From positions 1 through 21,219 of the forward strand of contig JBGPQP010000015.1 of NCBI GenBank assembly GCA_041489155.1: a stretch of DNA of 21,219 nt, given 5' to 3'. The notes below the pieces were generated by a model. The model saw only the letters and a list, made by a program, of their open reading frames with translations, was not told the DNA's origin and ran no database searches. This document shows, in pieces, positions 15,928 to 21,219 of this stretch. Position numbers and translations under genes: made by a program. Origin of the DNA: Candidatus Aenigmatarchaeota archaeon. GTDB lineage: Archaea > Aenigmatarchaeota > Aenigmatarchaeia > QMZP01 > QMZT01. Each line of letters starts with the position of its first letter. Within the stretch, counting starts at the first letter, position 1.

Positions 15928-16028
15928 GCCCGGTTTTGCAAAACATTTAAATAACGGAAATGATAATCAAATACATTCGCGCCTTAAGGGTCGCGGATAA
16001 ATGCTCAGTTTGAGAGGGAGGTCAAAAC

Positions 16029-16445
16029 ATGGCGATAATCGGCTTGAGTTTCAACGCAATGGAAGCAAAGAGGGACAAGGAACAGAAGATCAGGTCTGAA
16101 ATAAAGGTCAATTCCGTGCCGAGGATAAACGACATGAAGGAAGTCACAATCTCGACGCTCGACGGTAAAAAGGTCCTTTCGATGGACTTCGAGTTCGTCA
16201 CGACCTATGACCCGAGAGTCGGGGAGATAAAGATCAGCGGCGACCTGCTTTACCTTTCTGAAGACAACAAGGCTATGCTCAAGCAGTGGGAGAAGGAGAA
16301 GAAGATCCCTGAGAAGCCTTCGCTTGAGATACTTAACTACCTTTTCAGGAGATGCCTGATAAAGGTCTCGAACATCGCAGAAGATCTTCAGCTGCCCCCG
16401 CCGCTTCCGATGCCGACGGTGAAACCGAAGGCTGCGAAGGAGTAA
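16029..16445 (+). CDS. Conserved archaeal hypothetical protein, possibly SecB-like fold
   Basis: GGAGGT RBS; IIGLSFNAMEAKR...FEF...Y.P..G.I.I.G...ILNYLFRRC...LQLPPPLPMP pattern. Confidence 0.7.
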   Translation: MAIIGLSFNAMEAKRDKEQKIRSEIKVNSVPRINDMKEVTISTLDGKKVLSMDFEFVTTYDPRVGEIKISGDLLYLSEDNKAMLKQWEKEKKIPEKPSLEILNYLFRRCLIKVSNIAEDLQLPPPLPMPTVKPKAAKE

Positions 16446-16489
16446 GTTGTTTTTTATTTACCCCTTTACTATTTCTATCAGATGATGCC

Positions 16490-17032
16490 ATGCCCAGGGA
16501 GATAGAAGTGAAATTCCCCGTGGAAAATGAAAAGGATCTTGCCAGAAAGCTCGCCAGAATAGGCGCCAAAAAAACGGGCGAAGGCTTGGAGCACAGCGAG
16601 ATCTTCGACGACGGCACGCTGCGCAAGAAAGGCTATCTGCTGCGCCTGAGGAGATTCGGAGGGAAAGCGAAACTCACCTTCAAGGCCATGATAACACAGA
16701 AGGAGTTCAAGGAAGCCGAAGAGACGAACCTTGAGGTCAGCAATTTTGACGGGATGAAGCAAATCATCGAAAAGCTCGGCTTCCCTGTTTTCTGGGTCTA
16801 CGAAAAGAAGAAAACAAACTATCTTCTCGGCAAGACGAAGATAACGATAGACCGCCTGCCGTTCGCGACCTACATGGAAATCGAGGGCAGCAAAAAGGAC
16901 ATACGATGCGCAATCAGGAAACTCGGCCTCGATCCCTCGAAGGGCATAACAGAAACGTATTTCGAGCTTTACGAAAAGCACTGCAAAAAGAAAGGCATCG
17001 GAATGGGGAACTTGACCTTCAGAAAAGGCTAG
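16490..17032 (+). CDS. CYTH-domain protein (class IV adenylate cyclase / triphosphate tunnel metalloenzyme)
   Basis: Start trimmed to ATG at 16490: MPREIEVKF (ExExK), LLRLR, LTFK, YEKKK, YMEIEG. Confidence 0.9.
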   Translation: MPREIEVKFPVENEKDLARKLARIGAKKTGEGLEHSEIFDDGTLRKKGYLLRLRRFGGKAKLTFKAMITQKEFKEAEETNLEVSNFDGMKQIIEKLGFPVFWVYEKKKTNYLLGKTKITIDRLPFATYMEIEGSKKDIRCAIRKLGLDPSKGITETYFELYEKHCKKKGIGMGNLTFRKG

Positions 17033-17047
17033 AAGGACTTTTGAATG

Positions 17048-17626
17048 CTATTTCTTCAGGCTCTTCAATAATTCATCAGTCATCTTCTCAAGTTGTTTTT
17101 CTATATCTAGATTGAGTTTGTTCTCAAAAATGTCGTTGCAGTTTCCCTTTAGCTCGCTTCTGGAACGGAAGCTTTTTTTAGCGACAACAGGAATGCCCAA
17201 AGTTTTGCAGAAATTGTCGGTTATGTTCTTCAGACAAACGTCTATCTCTTTCTCTTCATCTGTTCCGACAGCGATTACTATTGCTCTCTTGCCTGAAAAA
17301 TCTGTCTGCGCAGTGTAGAAAATGCTGCATCTGTCTATGAAGTCCTTGAAAATTCCGGTCGGCATCTTGAAGTAATTAGGAGTGATGAAAACATAGCCGT
17401 CCGCTTTCCTTATCTCGTCAAAAATTTTCACCATGTCGTCCTTTTTGTGGCAGTCGAGGTTCTTGTTGCAGTATTCCACGCAACCGGTGCACCTATCTAT
17501 CTTTTTATCTCTCAGAAGGATGATCTCGTTTTCTGCTCCCTTTTTATTGAACATCTCTTTTAATTTCAAAAGAATTGCTTCCGAGTTTCCTTTTCTCGGG
17601 CTCCCGCAGATGCTTAATATTTTCAT
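17048..17626 (-). CDS. Flavodoxin-like / iron-sulfur flavoprotein (NADPH-dependent FMN reductase family)
   Basis: GSPRKGNS, CTGC..YC....C...DDM, TPNYF, KDFIDR. Confidence 0.9.
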   Translation of the reverse strand: MKILSICGSPRKGNSEAILLKLKEMFNKKGAENEIILLRDKKIDRCTGCVEYCNKNLDCHKKDDMVKIFDEIRKADGYVFITPNYFKMPTGIFKDFIDRCSIFYTAQTDFSGKRAIVIAVGTDEEKEIDVCLKNITDNFCKTLGIPVVAKKSFRSRSELKGNCNDIFENKLNLDIEKQLEKMTDELLKSLKK

Positions 17627-17634
17627 TCCATCAT

Positions 17635-17847
17635 CTATTTCTTGACTAGGCGGATGTCCTCGCTCGTGACTGTCTTCCTGCCGGCGTGCTTGGCGTATTT
17701 TATGGCGTCCGTCGCTATGCCGTCTGCCAAGCCTTCAATCACGATGGCGAATTCCTTCATCGCTGACTTCGAAACCCTCTTCGCCCCCGCGTCCTTGAGT
17801 ATGCGCTCGAACGGCGCGAGCGGAAGCCTCTGCTTTTTTACAGCCAT
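17635..17847 (-). CDS. Archaeal histone (HMf/HTk type)
   Basis: LPLAPFERILKDAGAKRVS...AKHAGRKTVTSEDI; GGAGGG RBS. Confidence 0.96.
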   Translation of the reverse strand: MAVKKQRLPLAPFERILKDAGAKRVSKSAMKEFAIVIEGLADGIATDAIKYAKHAGRKTVTSEDIRLVKK

Positions 17848-17921
17848 GTTATCCCTCCGGAAAAGCTTTTTTAATTTTTTAAATTTGAATAACGGTGTTT
17901 ATAAAGTTTTTCAGGCGGTTT

Positions 17922-17947
17922 GAAAGCCTTTCAGGCTTTCTTTTTTT
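17922..17947 (+). terminator. Hairpin plus T7, terminator-like
   Basis: GAAAGCCT-TTC-AGGCTTTC followed by TTTTTTT. Confidence 0.45.
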
Positions 17948-18069
17948 GATTTGAACATGCACGCATGCATAAAAGAATTGAAAAGAAGGAAGCAGAGACT
18001 TTTTTGCTCCTGTATCTTTATAAAGCAGTTTCGTCATAAATTTATAATTAAAACAAACGGAGGTAAAGC

Positions 18070-18210
18070 ATGTCAAGTGCATATTGCGTCAAGTGCAGGA
18101 AAAAGGTCGAAATTAAGAACGAGCAGAGCGTGAAACTCAAAAACGGCAAGCCAGCAAAGAAGGGTATCTGCCCGGTCTGCGGCACAAAGGTTTTCAGAAT
18201 CGGAAAGTAA
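18070..18210 (+). CDS. DUF5679-like small basic Zn-ribbon protein (46 aa; not in ORF track)
   Basis: MSSAYCVKCRKKVEIKNEQSVKLKNGKPAKKGICPVCGTKVFRIGK; GGAGGT RBS at 18059-18064. Confidence 0.9.
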   Translation: MSSAYCVKCRKKVEIKNEQSVKLKNGKPAKKGICPVCGTKVFRIGK

Positions 18211-18264
18211 ATCCGGCTTTCCCTTTTTCAATTTTAACAAAATCGGCAAACCCGGGAATTTGTT

Positions 18265-19167
18265 TCAATTCGCTTTTTCTTTTGTCTTCTTGTACCAAAA
18301 AACCATTTTCTCCAGTTCTTTTTCGAAATCGATTTTGCCCGGGTCGTAGCCAAGCTCTCTCTTTGCCGCCGAAATGTCGTAGTTTCTGTTCATGGTGAGG
18401 ACGTCGAGATACGGCTTCATCCTCCTCATTCGGGCAATGAATTTAACAAACCAGTAAGGATACAGCACCGGTTCCCTGCCCAGAAGCCTTACAAGATCGC
18501 TTGCGAATTCGGTGAATTTCACGGGCTCCTCGTCGGCGATGTTGTATATCCCTTCCGCCTTCGGCTTAAGCGCCAGCTTGAATGCCTGGACCGCGTTGGA
18601 TATGTGGGTGACATGCGTCAGGTTTTCAGTCTGCGGGATGGGGAAGCCTTTCTCGAGCATTGACAGGCTCTTCAGCCACTGCGGCGAACCCTCGCCGTAA
18701 ATGGGAGCTATGCGCAGGACGACGTTTTTCATGCCCGAATCGCGAACGAGATTTTCCGCCTCGCGCTTGGATTCGCCGTAAAAATTCTTCGGGTTGCGCG
18801 GGTAGCTTTCGTCCGCCTGGCCGCTGATTTCCCCGTATACGGAAACGCTGGAAGATAAGATGAACTTGTCAGCCTTTCTGCAGGCCTCGAGGACGTTTTT
18901 CGTGCCGTGGACGTTTATTCTGAACAGTTCCTGCCTCGGCTTAGAATAGGAAACAAGGCCTGCAAGGTGGATTACAGTATCCACATCTTTCCCGACCCAT
19001 TTAAGCGTCGACGGATCTGCTATATCGCCTTTTGCTATCTCGCACCTCGGGTACATCTGCTTTGCCTGCTCGTAATCCTGGGCGAGAATCTTGATGTGTT
19101 TAGCTGCCCCTATTTCCTTCAGCAGGGCTGAACCTATAAAACCCGTTGCGCCTGTGACCAAAAGCAT
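18265..19167 (-). CDS. NAD-dependent epimerase/dehydratase (extended SDR)
   Basis: Start trimmed to ATG at 19167: MLLVTGATGFIG, VIHLAG, SSVSVYG, YGESK (YxxxK). Confidence 0.93.
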   Translation of the reverse strand: MLLVTGATGFIGSALLKEIGAAKHIKILAQDYEQAKQMYPRCEIAKGDIADPSTLKWVGKDVDTVIHLAGLVSYSKPRQELFRINVHGTKNVLEACRKADKFILSSSVSVYGEISGQADESYPRNPKNFYGESKREAENLVRDSGMKNVVLRIAPIYGEGSPQWLKSLSMLEKGFPIPQTENLTHVTHISNAVQAFKLALKPKAEGIYNIADEEPVKFTEFASDLVRLLGREPVLYPYWFVKFIARMRRMKPYLDVLTMNRNYDISAAKRELGYDPGKIDFEKELEKMVFWYKKTKEKAN

Positions 19168-19197
19168 ATTTATATCTGACTTTCCCAATTTAAAACT
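19168..19197. promoter_or_regulatory. 30-bp overlapping divergent promoter region
   Basis: TTTATAT (19169-19175) lies about 23 nt before ATG 19198. TTTTAAA on the minus strand (19189-19195) lies about 22 nt before ATG 19167. Confidence 0.55.
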
Positions 19198-19971
19198 ATG
19201 AAAATCGGCAAAGTCGAAACTCACATCCATGAGACCATCGAGAAGGACGGCGCTGTGTTTTTCGGCCTCATAGATCCTATGGACGAAAACAAGGGCAACC
19301 CGCTGAAATTCGCCAAGGTCTTCGACGAGGCTGGCGCTGACATCATACTCGTAGGAGGCTCTATAGGAGCGGAAGGGGAGGCTTTCAACAACATTGTAAA
19401 GCAGATAAAGGAGGCCGTCGGCAAACCGGTAATGCTTTTCCCGGGCAACATAGGCGGCGTAACTAAATACGCAGACGCGCTTTATTTCATGAGTCTCCTG
19501 AATTCGAACAATCCTTACTGGATAACCGGAGCGCAGGCGCTTGCAGCGCCCATGATAGCGAACTCGAAACTCGAGGCGATTCCCACTTCGCTGCTGATAA
19601 TCGAGCCGGGCGAAACGGTCGGCTGGATAGGGGAGGCGAAGCCAATCCCGTATCACAAACCCGACATAGCCGTCGCCTACGCCCTAGCCGGCAAGCTGCT
19701 AGGCCAGAGGATTACGATTCTTGAGCGAGGCTCGGGCGCGCCAGGTCCCGCGTCGCCAGAAATGTTCCGCGCAGTGAAGGAAGCGGTCGGTCATCCGGTC
19801 ATATGCGCTGGCTCGAGCAAGACGCTGGATGACATCCACACCACTCTTCTTGCAGGCGCTGATGGCATACACGTCGCTTCCCTTGTGCAGAAGGCAGACA
19901 ACCCCTTGTCAATGGCAAATAAGCTCGTGGAGTTCACGAAAAAGACTGGCAAGGAAAAGCTTAAGAAGTAA
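19198..19971 (+). CDS. Geranylgeranylglyceryl phosphate synthase (PcrB/GGGPS family, group II-like)
   Basis: LIDP, ILVGGS, LFPGN, FMSLLNS.NPYWITGAQ, LERGSGA motifs. Confidence 0.93.
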   Translation: MKIGKVETHIHETIEKDGAVFFGLIDPMDENKGNPLKFAKVFDEAGADIILVGGSIGAEGEAFNNIVKQIKEAVGKPVMLFPGNIGGVTKYADALYFMSLLNSNNPYWITGAQALAAPMIANSKLEAIPTSLLIIEPGETVGWIGEAKPIPYHKPDIAVAYALAGKLLGQRITILERGSGAPGPASPEMFRAVKEAVGHPVICAGSSKTLDDIHTTLLAGADGIHVASLVQKADNPLSMANKLVEFTKKTGKEKLKK

Positions 19972-19997
19972 ACGTAATACCTGTTAAACACTGTTTT

Positions 19998-21218
19998 TCA
20001 TGAACTGCATCTTCCATAGACGTCAATGCCGTTCGGCCTGCCGCTTTCGAATTCGGAGCAATAATACTTCCTGACCAGATCCTCTATCATGACGTATCTC
20101 GGGTATTTCGATGAAGGGTAAGAAGCTATCAACGCGTAGCTGAAATAGCCGTCCTTCAGCGCGGCTTCGTACTCCTCGATCTTGGAATCGACGACGTTGT
20201 CATAGCTGAAATAGTAATAGCTGTATACTTCGCTTGCGGTGGAGTCTAGCGGCATTCCTTTTATTAACATGTAGCTGTTCAGGTTCAGAGCGAGGACCTT
20301 GCCGCCGACGTCCCCAAGATGATCCACGATCATGTTATAAGACGGGTAATTGTTAACCTCGGAATACGCTATCCACATGTTCGCCCCCGCGAAGACCGCC
20401 AGCAGCAGAAATGCCCTGGGTCCGGTTTTTTTCGTCAAGCTGGCGCCGACGAAGACCGCCGCCGAAAACTCGGCATATGGCAGATGCCTCACCAGCGAGT
20501 TGTAGTCGAGGAAGATTATCTGGTATGCCAGCACGGAAAACGCAGGCAGCAGAAAAAGAGCGTATGGCGCGATTTTCCGGTAGCTTTTCCCCGAATATGC
20601 GAAGTAAGCGGCAATGATCGAGCAGGCGGGAATGGTCATCGCGAAAACGTTTATGAACGTCCACGCGCTTCCAGACGATGTCGCGTTTACCTTCGTCACG
20701 AACAGGAAGTTTATCAGGACTGGAATCAGATTCCTGTAGAGCATCAGGAAGGGGACCGAAACCGCGAGGCAGCCTGCCAGGTATCTCGACCATTTTCTCT
20801 GCGAAACGTGATATAACAGCATCACCGCAACGGGAATGACCAGTATAAATTTAGTCGTCATCGCAAGCCCGGAAAAAACGCCAGAGTAAAGCATCTTCTT
20901 CCCCTGGCCGAAATAAATGCTTGCCATCAGGAAGAAAAGGGCGACCGAGTCCAGAAAGCCGTCGCTGGCCAGCGTTATGGCCGCTCCGGAAAAAGCGATT
21001 AGCGCCAGAGGAACGACCGCGTTCCCCTTCAGGCGCCTAATCAACAGATAGACCAATGCCAAGGAAAGAACGACAAAAAGAGCGGATACCATCCTCACGA
21101 GCAATATGCCGCCTGCATTGTAGCTGGCGCCGTATATTAAAGGAGCGAGCGGACTTCCCATTATGTAATGAAAAGGATTCGAATAATGCCCGTAATAAAG
21201 GACCCTGAAAGGGTCCAG
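19998..21218 (-). CDS. Membrane glycosyltransferase, GT-C/PMT (ArnT)-like (5'-partial)
   Basis: Frame stays open from 21161 to the window edge (LDPFRVLYYGHYSNPFHYIMG). Many TMs, with SPLAPLI, RMVSALF, FLDS and GLAMTTKF motifs. Confidence 0.75.
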   Translation of the reverse strand: MDPFRVLYYGHYSNPFHYIMGSPLAPLIYGASYNAGGILLVRMVSALFVVLSLALVYLLIRRLKGNAVVPLALIAFSGAAITLASDGFLDSVALFFLMASIYFGQGKKMLYSGVFSGLAMTTKFILVIPVAVMLLYHVSQRKWSRYLAGCLAVSVPFLMLYRNLIPVLINFLFVTKVNATSSGSAWTFINVFAMTIPACSIIAAYFAYSGKSYRKIAPYALFLLPAFSVLAYQIIFLDYNSLVRHLPYAEFSAAVFVGASLTKKTGPRAFLLLAVFAGANMWIAYSEVNNYPSYNMIVDHLGDVGGKVLALNLNSYMLIKGMPLDSTASEVYSYYYFSYDNVVDSKIEEYEAALKDGYFSYALIASYPSSKYPRYVMIEDLVRKYYCSEFESGRPNGIDVYGRCSS

Positions 21219-21219
21219 C

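Noticed and set aside
16352..16489. N-terminal extension of the CYTH ORF
   Set aside because: Overlaps the upstream gene and its T-rich terminator; ExExK normally sits at the N-terminus, supporting ATG 16490.
19168..19656. N-terminal extension of the 463-aa epimerase ORF
   Set aside because: Overlaps the GGGPS gene antisense; the Rossmann motif begins at ATG 19167.

Overview
Archaeal chromosomal window. Markers are aIF2-gamma, an HMf-type histone, GGGP synthase, Rad50, TATA promoters and GGAGG/GGTGA ribosome-binding sites. The gene style suggests a DPANN lineage (inference). Housekeeping genes of about 50% GC are interrupted by three AT-rich segments. (1) Bases 1-~1880 hold a 5'-partial multi-zinc-finger HNH nuclease missed by the ORF track, a small Zn-finger ORF and a polytopic membrane protein. 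(2) Bases ~3847-6003 are the most unusual part. They carry a winged-helix regulator, a catalytic-domain-only tyrosine recombinase and a PD-(D/E)XK-like protein on the minus strand. A dense chain of palindromes, including a dif-like site, lies in front of the recombinase. Both ends of the block are built alike: an inverted 13-bp box, an 11-6-11 palindrome and a tract of about 90% AT or more. (3) Bases ~15000-15955 contain an orphan gene bracketed by six copies of a 14-bp repeat and a duplicated 15-bp promoter. Also notable are a HisB-fold protein lacking its metal ligands, an unannotated DUF5679-like Zn-ribbon gene divergent from the histone, and an aIF2-gamma with a charged tripeptide-repeat N-terminal extension. 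No rRNA, tRNA or CRISPR array was seen. Family calls come from motif recognition by eye; no database searches were run.
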